This document shows positions 38,007-52,587 of a DNA stretch of 64,000 nt, piece after piece. Position 1 is the first letter of the stretch. The number at the start of each line of letters is the position of its first letter. The stretch lies in assembly GCA_964016885.1 (NCBI GenBank), contig CAXHJY010001472.1, forward strand, positions 248,001 through 312,000, given 5' to 3'. The translations under genes and the position numbers were made by a program. The notes beneath the pieces are model-generated. The model was not told the DNA's origin and searched no databases. It was given only the letters and a program-made list of their open reading frames with translations. Source of the DNA: Eledone cirrhosa (Eukaryota).

Positions 38007-40003
38007 TTGCTCCTTGTGGCTTCTGATGCAGACATCATGTCCGCCATCAGGTCCTTCCCAGCTAGCAGCTGCGGAGATGTTGATGGTCTCTGACCAGGCC
38101 TCCTCAAGGAGTTGATATCTCCCCTCTCCGCTGAGGCCGGGCGCCGCCTTCTGAGTGCAATTGTGGCGCTCACCAATAGGCTCATCCATGGCGCCCTGGA
38201 CTCTTATGCTCGAGGCCTCTTTTTTTCGGCCAGCCTCACCGCTCTCAGGAAGAAAGAGGATGGCATACGCCCCATTGCTGTGGGCAATGTCTTCCGGAGG
38301 CTGGCTGCCAAGGTAATCTGCAAGTCCGTAACACTCGGAACCGGCATCCAGGGCCTCCAGCCACCTCATTGTCAAGTTTGACATGAGGAATGCCTTCAAC
38401 TCTTTACGCTGGGATCATCTGCTCGAGGCCTGCCTCAGCCGAGCCCCCTCTGCCTACCTGTCATATGGAGCCCCAAGCATGCGCCATGCTGCTGATACGG
38501 TCATACCCTTGGCTACTGGGATCCAACAGGGCAACCCTTTGGGACCCCTCCTGTTCACCCTTGGTATTGACCACATCGCCTGGAGTATAACAGCCCCTCT
38601 CAACGTTTGGTATCTGGATGATGCTACTTTGGGTGGGCCCGTACAGGCGGTCTGCCATGACCTTCAATCGGTGGTTCCTGCCCTGGCGGGAATCGACCTC
38701 CAGGTCAACTCAGCCAAGTCGGAGGTGGTGAATGTCAGCCTCGATGCTGCAAGCTTTGCAGTCTCCGTCTTGGACGTGCGGTCCATTCTCCGCCAGGTTC
38801 AGGTGACCCCCAAAGAGGATGCCCTCACCGATCCACCCGCCGGCCATCCGCTCCTCCATCAAGTCCAGACTCTCACGAGCCGACTGGGCTTGATTGATGG
38901 CCACCCAGTTCTCTTTCTGCTGAGGAACTGCTACGCCATGCCGAAGCTCCTCTATACACTCTGTGCTACACCTAAACTTGTATCCGAGCAGCAGCCGATG
39001 AGATATGCAACTTTACCTGTCAGGTATGGCGGCCTTCGCCTCCAGTCCCCGATCTCACTAGCTTTGCCGGCATATCTTTCGTCGGTAACCTCGTACCACG
39101 TCCTCCTCAGCAGGGTTCTTCAAAACACAACAGAACCCTCTGTGTTCAGAGAACGCGTGGCCGCCTGTGAGACGTGGGACCGGCTGGGACTTAGCCCAGT
39201 AGACGTTCCTCCTCCTTCTCCCCCTGTTGACGTCAAGTCCCCCCCAACACACTTGGGATGCCATCCAGTGCAGCCTGGCCTCAGACAGGCTCACGCGCCA
39301 GCTCGACCAGCACCGCCTTGTTTGTTTTCGTGCAGCCTCCAAACCCCACAGTGGGGCCTGGCTCCATGCCCTGCCCTCCTTCTCCACTCGCACGCAGCTA
39401 GACAACAATAGCTTGCGCATCGGCGTTTCCCTGAGGCTCGGCCTCACACCAATGTCGCTGCCGTTCCACCATGGACTCTTTCGGCCTCCACCCGCTTTCC
39501 TGTCGCCACAGTGCCAGCCGCAATCCACGCCATGCTGCCCTCAACGAAGTCATTAAGCATGGCTTGGACGCTGCAGGCTTCCCTTCCCAGCTCGAGGGGA
39601 CGGCAAAAGGCTAGATGGCATGACCATCTTCCCGTTCCGCGGTGGCAAACCCCTCGTCTGGGATGCCACTTGCACCGACACTTTCTGCAGCCGCAACCTG
39701 GTGCAGTCTGCGACTGGCCCAGGTTCTGCTGCACGTCAGGCTGAGGGGGCCAAACTCCTCACATATCGTTCACTCTCCGACAGGTTTGCGGTCGTACCCC
39801 TGGAAGTGGAGACTTCTGGTGTCCTCGGCCCCAGGGCTACCTCCTTACTCACCACCATAGGCGCTGAGCTGGCCAGCCGCAGGTGTGAGCCCCGCGAGTT
39901 GGAGTGGCTTTTCCAGCGCGTCTCCCTTGCCGTGCTCCGGGGAAACGCCTTCTCCATTCTGTCCGCCGGGGCTGTGGGTGGGTCCCATCGCGTACCGTTA
40001 TGA
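38007..40003 (+). mobile_element. Degenerate CRE-clade retrotransposon, type B, unit 5
   Basis: Same motifs; B-type residues. Confidence 0.88.
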
Positions 40004-41852
40004 ATGTATACAAAACAACTAAATCTCTTAAATAACTTCACTTATATCCAAAACATGATTTGTATATACATCAACAGTGACTCATTATTATACGCCAGTC
40101 ACGACCCCACTGCAAAAACGATATCTATATAACAACCCCACCGTAAAACTACTCTTCCCCACTTTACAAACACTTTATATTATTTGTCATTAAGGTTTCT
40201 TAAAATAAATATATATACGTATGTGTAGTAATTAGTACGGAGACTGAGAGAGAAGGGGCGAGTGTGTCTTCATGGAGGGCACATGGGACCAGCAAAGCCC
40301 TAAAAGTAGAGACCAGTAAATGAGATAAGGTCCTAGCTATGTTAAGAATATAAATAAGAAACATGTTCTATACATTTAAGAAGACAAGAGAAACATGTTC
40401 TAAACATTTAAGAAATAATTATTTACCTCTTTCATGTCGGTAATATAGCGGTGTTATAAAACTAATTATAACGACCGGTGTTAAAATAGAGAGAGATAGA
40501 CAGATAAATGTGTGTCACACTCTCACCCTCTCTTTAAATCTTTTACACTATCTAACTCGTACTTCTCACACTCTCTTTAAATCTTTTACTCTATCTACCT
40601 CTCATTTCTATCTGTGTATGTATGTATGTATCTGTCTATGTGTAACTCGGTGTACTGGAGCAATATGAAGTGAAGTGTCTTGCTGAAGAAGACATTTTGT
40701 GGAGTTATATCATCGTTTCTTGTTATAAAGCTACTTATACTACCGGCGTAACAGTGGCTATAGGTGATAGATGTAGAAATAAAAGGCTGTAACAGCGATA
40801 TAAATATAGATGAAATAGTTTACCACGAGACTAAGAATGAATGTTTAATGGAATTAAGTGTAATCTAATAGGAAATAAGAGGCTAGAGCAGCGAAATGTT
40901 TACGTAAAATAAAAGAACAACAAACAAGAGTGCAACATTGAAATTTTTGTTTTTTTTTTGTCGATATAAGCGTTATTTTATGCGCGATTTGCCTTGCTGC
41001 CGGCGCTGCTCAGTCAGTAGCAGCCCCGCTTACGAAGTTCAGGAGCCAACGACTTTACATGGTTCGAATCTCACCCTCTCCGCTCTTGTCGAGTTATCTC
41101 CTACTCTTTTTACTTAGTTCCAGGTCATTAAAATAGAGCAAAGAGGGCGCGGCGATCGGCATATGCACTGGCTACTATGTTGAACTTTGGTACTGACTGC
41201 GTAGTTGAACGTTCCACATACCAACCGCCCAACTGGCCAGTCAACCGCATATGCGGCTGGCTGGCCGGTTGGGTAGTTGGCATATGTACTGGCTACCATG
41301 CTGAACATTGTACTGACTGTCAAGTTGAACGTTCTAACCCTCTCTTTACATCTATTACTCTATCTACCGCTTAGTTCTCCCCCTCTCTTTACTTCTATAA
41401 CTCTATCTCCCACTCTCTTTACATCTATTACAGTGTCTCCCTGTATATATACACGTATATATGCACTAGATTTTATAAGAAATCTACGTAATAATATAAT
41501 TAACAATAGTTGATGAATTAGACCAGAGTTAATTAAACAATAAATATGAATGAAATAGCAGTAGATGGCGAAACTTGAGTGTTGTGTGTGCATACATATA
41601 TATGAGGTAAACTGGTTCAAATACTGTCAGGATTATATTGGATCAAAGACTGTATTAAATAGAAAGTAAAAAATGAAGTGAAAATATAAAAACAAACTGA
41701 AAATTTCCCCATCCCTAGAAAAATTCATATCTTGTTATATATAGATAATTGGCGCTTTAAATTGAATAAATATTCATTTATATATATATATATATGTATA
41801 TATATATGTACACTGATATATATGTGTGTATATATATATGTGTATATATATA

Positions 41853-41919
<67 letters not shown>

Positions 41920-42975
41920 ACTTCATCATACGTCCGCTTTTCCATGCTTGCAAGGGTGGGGTGGGAGCTGATTCTGGATTGGTTTCTACAGCTGGGTGCC
42001 CTTCCTGACGCCAACCCCGTTTGCAGTGAGTGCTGGGTGCTTTTTTTTTTCCGTGGCACCTCCACGTCAGCTTTACAGTGTGGGCTGGGTGCTTTTTGGC
42101 CGCGGCGCCTCCACGACCACTTTGCGGTGGGGAGGTGGGGTGGTATGTGTATACCCAGCCCATTGTCATTTGCCACACAGAAAAGCGTATAGCATCGTTC
42201 TTTACCCACGATGAATCTAGCAGACCCACCCCTCCACCTGGTCTCTTGAATACAACAAACATCGACCTCCTTACGTTCAAGCATTTCTACAACCTCGTTA
42301 GAGCCACCCTATAAGGTGCCTACATTAATGGTACCAACTCTGAAGTTTTGGATTGCGTTTGGAGGTTGGGAGCAGTGGGGAGCGGGGATGGGGTTAGGGT
42401 TAGCCATCCGCGGCCGAAACAAAGAGGAGGAGCCCTTGCATTCTCGTCCATGAGGTGGATTTGTCTTTATGTATGTATATGTATATATGTATGTATGTGT
42501 GTGTATGTATGTATATGTATATATGAGTGTATATGTGTATATGTATGTATATGTATGTGTATGTATGTGTATATATGTGTATATGTATGTGTTTGTATAT
42601 ATGTGTGTGTATGTATATATGTGTGTGTATGTATATATATATATATGTATGTGTATATGTATGTATATGTATGTATGTGTATATGTATATATGTATGTAT
42701 ATGTGTGTATGTATGTATATATGTATGTATGTGTATATATGTATGTATGTATATGTATATATACGTGTGTATATGTAAATATACTTATGTGTATATGCTT
42801 ATGTATGTGTATGTGTGTATATTTATATTATGTATATATATATATCTATGTATGTGTATGTATGTATATATATGTATGTATATGTGTATGTATGTGTATG
42901 TATGTATGTGTATATATGTATGTATGTATATATATATGTATGTATATGTATGTGTATGTATATGTATATGTATAT

Positions 42976-43326
42976 GGAGGCACATGGCTTAGTGGTTCGA
43001 GCATTGGCCTGGCAATCGAAAGGTTGTGAGTTCAATTCTCAGACCGGGTGATGTGTTGTTTCCTTGAGCAAGACACTTTATTTCACATTGCTCCAGTTTA
43101 CTCAGCTGTAGAAATGAGATGATAGGGACTGGGGTCCATATCATTCCACTGCAAAGTGGTCGTGGAGGTGCCACGGCAAAAAAGCACTCAGCACTCACTG
43201 TAAATGAGGTTGGTGTTAGGAAGGGCATCCAGCTGTAGAAATCAAGCCAGAATCAGTTCCCGTCCCACCCTTGCAAGCAGGGAAAAAGCGGACTTAAAAC
43301 GAAATGATGATGATGATGATGATGAT
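42976..43326 (+). mobile_element. tRNA-derived CORE-like SINE, unit 5
   Basis: Copy of 16098-16451. Confidence 0.85.
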
Positions 43327-43964
43327 GTATGTATGTATGTGTATATGTATGTATGTATGTATATGTATGAGATGCAGTTTGGTTTTGTGCCGCTGAAAAG
43401 TGCAACAGATGCCCTCTTCTTAGTGAGACAACTACAAAAGAGGTTCTTAGAGAAAAATAAGCCACTATACTTAGCTTTGGACATAGAGAAGGCTTTTGAT
43501 AGAGAACTCTTATAAATGACAACATATATATATGTGTGTGTATATATATGTTTTTTTTAAAACTATATATTTATTACTCCCTTAAGCAGAAGAAATATAT
43601 TCCCAGATATCGAAGATTACCACAATAACTAGGGAGCGGAAATCAATAGATGCTGGACATTGCTGCTGAGGGTAGGATGACCTGATGAGCTGGCTCCTGT
43701 GGTGGATACCTAAACATAGTAAGACCCAAGTGGGATGACTGAGGTTCACCTACATACATCAGATGTCTCTGGATCTCCAGCTGGAGATTAATGATCTCAG
43801 GAATGCCATGAAAAATCGTGACATCTAAAAAAGAAGAGTAGAATTGTTCTGGCCAATCCACCTGACCTAATAAACAATAATAATATTAATATATATTGAT
43901 GAAAATTAATTATGGTGAAATATCTTAGAAATCATTCTCAGAGGTTTTGTATTGTAATCCACAC

Positions 43965-45960
43965 TTGCTCCTTGTGGCTTCTGATGCAGACATCATGTCC
44001 GCCATCAGGTCCTTCCCAGCTAGCAGCTGCGGTGATGTTGATGGTCTCTGACCAGGCCTCCTCAAGGAGTTGACATCTCCCCTCTCCGCTGAGGCCGGGC
44101 GCCGCCTTCTGAGTGCAATTGTGGCGCTCACCAATAGGCTCATCCATGGCGCCCTGGACTCTTATGCTCGAGGCCTCTTTTTTTCAGCCAGCTTCACCGC
44201 TCTCAGGAAGAAAGAGGGTGGCATACGCCCCATTGCTGTGGGCAATGTCTTCCGGAGGCTGGCTGCCAAGGTAACCTGCAAGTCCGTAACACTCGGAACC
44301 GGCATCCAGGGACTCCAGCCACCTCATTGTCAAGTTTGACATGAGGAATGCCTTCAACTCTTTACGCTGGGATCATCTGCTCGAGGCCTGCCTCAGCCGA
44401 GCCCCCTCTGCCTAGCTGTCATATGGAGCCCCGAGCATGCGACATGCTGCTGATACGGTCATACCCTTGGCTACTGGGATCCAACAGGGCAACCCTTTGG
44501 GACCCCTCCTGTTCACCCTTGGTATTGACCACATCGCCCGGAGTATAACGGCCCCTCTCAACGTTTGGTATCTGGATGATGCTACTTTGGGTGGGCCCGT
44601 ACAGGCGGTCTGCCATGACCTTCAATCGGTGGTTCCTGCCCTGGCGGGAATCGACCTCCAGGTCAACTCAGCCAAGTCGGAGGTGGTGAATGTCAGCCTC
44701 GATGCTGCAAGCTTTGCAATCTCCGTCTTGGACGTGCGGTCCATTCTCCGCCAGGTTCAGGTGACCCCCAAAGAGGATGCCCTCACCGATCCACCCGCCG
44801 GCCATCCGCTCCACCATCAAGTTCAGACTCTCACGAGCCGACTGGGCTTGATTGATGGCCACCCAGTTCTCTTTCTGCTGAGGAACTGCTACGCCATGCC
44901 GAAGCTCCTCTATACACTCTGTGCTACACCCAGACTTGTATCCGAGCAGCAGCCGATGAGATATGCAACTTTACCTATCAGGTATGGCGACCTTCGCCTC
45001 CAGTCCCCGATCTCACTAGCTTTGCCGGCGTATCTTTCGTCGGTAACCTCGTACCACGTCCACCTCAGCAGGGTTCTTCAAAACACAACAGAACCCTCTG
45101 TGTTCAGAGAACGCGTGGCCGCCTGTGAGACGTGGCACCGGCTGGGACTTAGCCCAGTAGACGTTCCTCCTCCTTCTCCCCCTGTTGACGTCAAGTCCCC
45201 CCAACACACTTGGGATGCCATCCAGTGCAGCCTGGCCTCAGACAGGCTCACGTGCCAGCTCGACCAGCACCGCCTTGTTTGTTTTCGTGCGGCCTCCAAA
45301 CCCCACAGTGGGGCCTGGCTCCATGCCCTGCCCTCCTTCTCCACTCGCACGCAGCTAGACAACCATAGCTTGCGCATCGGCGTTTCCCTGAGGCTCGGCC
45401 TCACACCAATGTCGCTGCCGTTCCACCATGGACTCTTTCGGCCTCCACCCGCTTTCCTGTCGCCACAGTGCCAGCCGCAATCCACGCCATGCTGCCCTCA
45501 ACGAAATCATTAAGCATGGCTTGGACGCTGCAGGCTTCCCTTCCCAGCTCCAGGGGACGGCAAAAGGCCAGATGGCATGACCATCTTCCCGTTCCGCGGT
45601 GGCAAACCCCTCGTCTGGGATGCCACTTGCACCGACACTTTCTGCAGCCGCAACCTGGTGCAGTCTGCGACTGGCCCAGGTTCTGCTGCACGTCAGGCTG
45701 AGAGGGCCAAACTCCTCACATATCGTTCACTCTCCGACAGGTTTGCGGTCGTACCCCTGGAAGTGGAGACTTCTGGTGTCCTCGACCCCAGGGCTACCTC
45801 CTTACTCACCACCATAGGCGCTGAGCTGGCCAGTCGCAGGTGTGAGCCCCGCGAGTTGGAGTGGCTTTTCCAGCGCGTCTCCCTTGCCGTGCTCCGGGGA
45901 AACGCCTTCTCCATTCTGTCCGCCGGGGCTGTGGGTGGGCCCCATCGCGTACCGTTATAG
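43965..45960 (+). mobile_element. Degenerate CRE-clade retrotransposon, type A, unit 6
   Basis: ORFs identical to unit 3. Confidence 0.88.
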
Positions 45961-47733
45961 TTGTTGAAGAAGAAACAGGGAGACAACAACTGGAATGTAT
46001 ACAAAACAACTAAATCTCTTAAATAACTTCACTTATATCCAAAATATGATTTGTATATACATCAACAGTGACTCATTATTATACGCCAGTCACGACCCCA
46101 CTGCAAAAACGATATCTATATAACAACCCCACCGTAAAACTACTCTTCCCCACTTTACAAACACTTTATATTATTTGTCATTAAGGTTTCTTAAAATAAA
46201 TATATATACGTATGTGTAGTAATTAGTACGGAGACTGAGAGAGAAGGGGCGAGTGTGTCTTCATGGAGGGCACATGGGACCAGCAAAGCCCTAAAAGTAG
46301 AGACCAGTAAATGAGATAAGGTCCTAGCTATGTTAAGAATATAAATAAGAAACATGTTCTATACATTTAAGAAGACAAGAGAAACATGTTCTAAACATTT
46401 AAGAAATAATTATTTACCTCTTTCATGTCGGTAATATAGCGGTGTTATAAAACTAATTATAACGACCGGTGTTAAAATAGAGAGAGATAGACAGATAAAT
46501 GTGTGTCACACTCTCACCCTCTCTTTAAATCTTTTACACTATCTTTACATCTTTTACTCTATCTCCCTCTTATTTCTATCTGTGTACATATATATGTGTA
46601 TGTATGTATCTGTCTATGTGTAACTCGGTGTACTGGAGCAATATGAGGTGAAGTGTCTTGCTGAAGAAGACATTTTGTGGAGTTATATCATCGTTTCTTG
46701 TTATAAAGCTACTTATACTACCGGCGTAACAGTGGCTATAGGTGATAGATGTAGAAATAAAAGGCTGTAACAGCGATATAAATATAGATGAAATAGTTTA
46801 CCACGAGACTAAGAATGAATGTTTAATGGAATTAAGTGTAATCTAATAGGAAATAAGAGGCTAGAGCAGCGAAATGTTTACGTAAAATAAAAGAACAACA
46901 AACAAGAGTGCAACATTGAAATTTTTGTTTTATTTTCTCGATATAAGCGTTATTTTATGCGCGATTTGCCTTGCTGCCGGCGTTGCTCAGTCAGTAGCAG
47001 CCCCGCTTACGAAGTTCAGGAGCCAACGACTTTACATGGTTCGAATCTCACCCTCTCCGCTCTTGTCGAGTTATCTCCTACTCTTTTTACTTAGTTCCAG
47101 GTCATTTAAATAGAGCAAAGAGGTCGCGGCGATCGGCATATGCACTGGCTACAATGTTGAACTTTGGTACTGACTGCATAGTTGAACGTTCCACATACCA
47201 ACCGCCCAACTGGCCAGTCAACCGCAAATACGGCTGGCTGGCCGGTTGGGTAGTTGGCATATGTACTGACTGTCAAGTTGAACGTTCTAACCCTCTCTTT
47301 ACATCTATTGCTCTATCTACCGCTTATTTCTCTCCCTCTCTTTACTTCTATAACTCTATCTCCCACTCTCTTTACATCTATTACACAGTGTCTCCCTGTA
47401 TATATACACGTATATATGCACTAGATTTTATAAGAAATCTACGTAATAATATAATTAACAATAGTTGATGAATTAGACCAGAGTTAATTAAACAATAAAT
47501 ATGAATGAAATAGCAGTAGATGGCGAAACTTGAGTGTTGTGTGTGCATACATATATATGAGGTAAACTGGTTCAAATACTGTCAGGATTATATTGGATCA
47601 AAGACTGTATTAAATAGAAAGTAAAAAATGAAGTGAAAATATAAAAACAAACTGAAAATTTCCCCATCCCTAGAAAAATTCATATCTTGTTATATATAGA
47701 TAATTGGCGCTTTAAATTGAATAAATATTCATT

Positions 47734-47770
<37 letters not shown>

Positions 47771-48820
47771 GTACACTGATATATATGTGTGTGTATATAT
47801 ATATATATATGTATGTGTATATGTGTACATATGTATGTGTATATATATACTAATATATATATATATATATATCAACTTCATCATACGTCCGCTTTTCCAT
47901 GCTTGCAAGGGTGGGGTGGGAGCTGATTCTGGATTGGTTTCTACAGCTGGGTGCCCTTCCTGACGCCAACCCAGTTTGCAGTGAGTGCTGGGTGCTTTTT
48001 TTTTTTCCGTGGCACCTCCACGTCAGCTTTACAGAGCGGGCTGGGTGCTTTTTTGCCGTGGCGCCTCCACGACCACTTTACGGTGGGGTGGTGGGGTGGT
48101 ATGTGTATACCCAGCCCATTGTCATTTCCCACCCAGAAAAGTTCATAGCACCGTTCTTTACCCACGATGAATCTAGCAGACCCACCCCTCCACCTGGTCT
48201 CTTGAATACAACAGTGGTTTCACTAAAATAAAAATTAAATTAAATTAAATTAAATTAATTATATTAGATAAATAGACATTGGGGTTCTCACCAAAGATTT
48301 TCAGTTATTTCTAAGAGATGTAAAAGGAAAATTAAAAAAAGATTAATAGGACACATTAGACATGTCTCCAAGCAAGAATTGAACTTACAGACAAGGATCT
48401 CACCATCTCTGGTACTTCCCACTAAGCCACCAAGACTGCTACAAAGGTCTATTGAAAATTAATATTTATAAACCTACTTTCAAAATATAACTAATTTAAT
48501 TAAAAATAAAATAAAATAAATAGACATTGTCGTTCTCACAAAACTTTTTCAGTTCTTTTTTCTAAGAAATGTCAAAGGAATATATATATATATATATTTT
48601 ATTTTTAATTTTATTTTGAAAGTAGGTTTATAAATATTAAATTTCAGTACATCTTTGTATCAGTCTCGGTAGCTTAGTGGGAAGTACCAGAGATGGTGAG
48701 ATCCTGTTCTGGGTGTTCAATCCTGGTCTGAGGGTTGAATTGGGGACTCAGGTTCAATCCTGGTCCATGAGATACATGTAAGGTGTCATGTTAATCTTTT
48801 ATAATTTTCTTTCTATATCT

Positions 48821-50101
48821 TAGCCTTTGTTGACCTAGAGAAGGCCTTTGATAGGGTACCCCGATCTGTCATCTGGTGGTCCCTAAGGAAGCTGGGTGTT
48901 GAGGAATGGCTTGTAAGGACAGTGCAAACTTTGTACAGAGGTACTCTCAGTAAAGTCAGGGTAGGAATGGAGTTTAGTGAGGAATTCCAGATACAAGTAG
49001 GAGTACATCAGGGTTCGGTCCTCAGCCCGCTCTTGTTCATTATATTCCTCCAAGCCATAACAGAGGAGTTTAAGACTGGCTGTCCATGGGAACTTCTCTA
49101 TGCTGACGATCTGGCTCTTATGGCAGAATCAGTAGAGGAGCTAGAGAATAAATTCCGGCTATGGAAACAGCAGTTGGAAGCAAGAGGACTGAGAGTAAAT
49201 CTAGCTAAGACAAAAGTGTTGATGAGTAGAAAAGAGGACAAAACCCTGATTCCGTCAGGGAAATGGCCATGTTCGATATGCAGAAAAGGAACTGGCATAA
49301 ATTCTATAAAATGCACACAATGTAGGTCCTGGGTACACAAGAGATGTAGCGGGATAGCAGGCAAACTAACAGGTAGGGAGAAATATGTATGCAGTAGATG
49401 TACAGGGAAATTAGACAGTAGAAGTCGCACTGATAGACACATTTTTCAAATGCGAGAGGGCGCTATAGAAGTGGTGGATAGCTTCCGGTACCTAGGAGAT
49501 CAGATTAGCATGGGAGGAGGGTGTTCCGAGGCCATAGTATCTAGAATAAGGACGGGTTGGAAGAAGTTTAGGGAGCTGCTTCCTCTGTTGACGAAGAAGG
49601 GTTTCTCCCTGCGTACGAAAGGCCGGTTGTATGATGCCTGTGTGAGGAGCGCGATGCTGCATGGTAGTGAGACATGGGCAGCTACCGCAGAAGATATGCG
49701 ACGGCTGGAGAGAAATGAGGCAAGCATGCTCCGTTGGATGTGCAGTGTAAATGTGCGTGAACGACCCAGCATAAATGTGTTGAGAGAGAAACTGTGTCTG
49801 AGAGGGATAGAATGTAGTGTACGGGAGAGGAGACTGAGGTGGTATGGACATGTGATGCGCATGGAGGATGACCGATGGGTGAAGAAGTGCCAGGAAATGC
49901 CAGTTGAAGGAAGACGTGGTAGAGGTAGACCACGAAAAACATGGGCGGAGGTGGTGAGAACAGACCTCAGATCATTGAAGCTCACGGTGGAGATGACGAG
50001 GGACCGTGACGAGTGGAGAGATGCTGTGCTGAATAAGACCCGTCCCACCCTTGCAAGCAGGGAAAAGCGGACGTAAAATGATGATGATGATGATGATGAT
50101 G
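48821..50101 (+). mobile_element. Young 5'-truncated RTE LINE insertion (1281 bp), unit 6
   Basis: Same junctions and the same 384-aa translation as 21942-23222. Confidence 0.95.
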
Positions 50102-50620
50102 ATCTCTTTGAAAAAGAGAACCCCTATTTATTTAATTATATTGAATTTAATTTTTTATTTTAGTTAAATTGTCGAAAACACTGAAGATCTAAAGGTTGAG
50201 GAGACAATATGTCTATTTTATCTGTCTCCTCTAACTTTAGATCACCAGTGGTTTTGACAATTTAACTAAAGTAAAATAAAATAAAATAAATTAAATTATA
50301 TTAGATAAATAGACATTGGGGTTCTCACCAAAGATTTTCAGTTTTTTCTGAGGAAAATTTAAAAAAAGATTAACAGGACACATTACAGCAATGATTGAAC
50401 TCCCAGACCAGGATTGAACCTACAGACAAGGACCTCACCATCTCTGGTACTTCCCACTAAGCCGCCAAGACTGCTACAAAGGTCTGCTGATAATTAATAT
50501 TTATAAACCTAATTTCAAAATAAAATTAATGTTATTAATTTTATTTAAAAATAAAATAAAATAAATAAACATTGGGGTTCTCACAAAACTTTTTCATTTT
50601 TTTTCTAAGAAATGTCAAAG

Positions 50621-50658
<38 letters not shown>

Positions 50659-50662
<4 letters not shown>

Positions 50663-52587
50663 TCATCATCATCATCATCGTTTAACGTCCATATTCCACG
50701 CTTGCATGGGTCTGGACGGGAATTTTCCCACTTGAGGCAAGAGTGGTTGTCTTGCTCGCATAGGACTGTCTGGCGGGTTTTCTACAGCTGGATGCCCTTC
50801 CTAACACCAACCGCATTTACAGTGTGGGACTGAGAGGTTTTTACCGTGTTACCTACACGGCCACATTACTGCGTGGACTGTGTTTTTTTTTTTTGTCGTG
50901 ACACCTACACGACCTCATTTGTTTCGGCCTGGATGTTGTGGCACCAACATAACTTTACATTGAAAGGGGCGGTGTGGATGGGGTGGGGGTGTATTTTGTT
51001 AGAGGTGCCTACTGACTGTAGTAGGTTTTACTTTGTATCTAGGTAAGGCGGGTCTTCTCTATTACTGAGTACCGCCAAAGATCTCGGTCCAGTGACATTG
51101 TCTTGGAGAGGTGTAAGTGTGTGAGGTCGGAATTTATCAAGTCGTCCCAGGTTTTTCTGGGTCTGCCTACTCCGTGGCTACCGTCTATCTTTATTGCCCT
51201 GCATTTTTTTTATACAGCTGTCGTCTTTCATCCGCATCACGTGGACCATACCAACGTAGTCTTCTCTCGAGTACACAACATCTGATCCCTCTTATTTCTA
51301 ATTTTTCCCTTAGTTCGTTTATGCTTTGCCGTTCACATATATTACTATTACACATCCAGCGAAGCATGCAAGCTTCGTTCCTCTCTAGTCTGCGTATATC
51401 CTCTGCACACAATGCCCAGGTCTCACTGCCATGCAACATTGCTGTTCATATGCAGGCATCATACAACCTGCCTTTCATTTTTAGGGAGAACCCTTTAGCG
51501 GCTAATAGTGGTATAAGCTCTCTGAACTTTTTCCATCCAGTTCTGACTCTAGCTACTGTACTTTCAGAGCACCCTCCCCCACTGCTGATTTTGTCACCCA
51601 GGTAACGGAAGCTGTCCACTATTTCTATAGAACCCTCTGCGCAATTGAAAGAGCTAGTATTTTGTGGGCACTTGCTGCTACTTATTGCACCAGAGCACCG
51701 GCCACATGTAAAATCTATGTTCTTAGTTAGCTTACCTGTGATCCCACTACATCTTTTATGAACCCATACTTTGCATTTGGGACATAAAATGGAGTTTCTA
51801 CCTACGCCTTTCCTACACACTGAGCATGGCCATTTCCCGGAAGGGACCGGCGCCTTATTTTCTTTCCTACAAACTAGAACTTTAGTCTTAGCCAGGTTAA
51901 TTTTAAGGCCTTCTGATTCTAGGCCTTGCTTCCATGTTTGGAATTTCTTCTCTAGCTCGGCCATTGATTCAGCTATAAGCGTTAGATCATCTGCGTATAG
52001 GAGTTCCCATGGGCAGCCGGTCTTGAACTCCACTGTTATAGCCTGAAGGGCAATAATAAATAGTAGGGGGCTAAGGACGGAGCCCTGATGAACACCAACT
52101 TTTACGCTAAACTCTTCACTATATTCGTTGTTAATTCTAACCTTGCTGACTGTTTCTTTATACATGGCTCGTATAGCTCTCACAAGCCATTCCTCAACAC
52201 CTAGTTTTCTAAGAGCCCACCAGATAATGGAACGGGGTACTCTGTCGAAGGCTTTCTCCAAGTCAACAAAAGCTAAGTATAGGGGTTTACTTTTAACTAG
52301 GTACTTCTCCTGTAGTTGTCGTACAATGAAAAGAGCGTCTGTGGTACTTTTACCTGACACAAACCCGAACTGCATTTCATCTAGATCAATTCTCTCTCTG
52401 ATTAGTTGCGCTATTACTTTTTCCGTGACCTTCATGACCTGGTCGATTAATTTAATGCCTCTATAGTTACTCCTATCTAGGGCATCTCCTTTACCCTTGT
52501 AACAGTTAATGATGATGCTGCTACGCCAGTCCTTCAGAACAACCCCATTCTGTATGACTTGGTTTACTATCCGGGTGACCATTACGT
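50659..52587 (-). mobile_element. 5'-truncated degenerate RTE LINE, unit 6
   Basis: ORF 51446-52702 with RT motifs; (ATC)n tail. Confidence 0.92.
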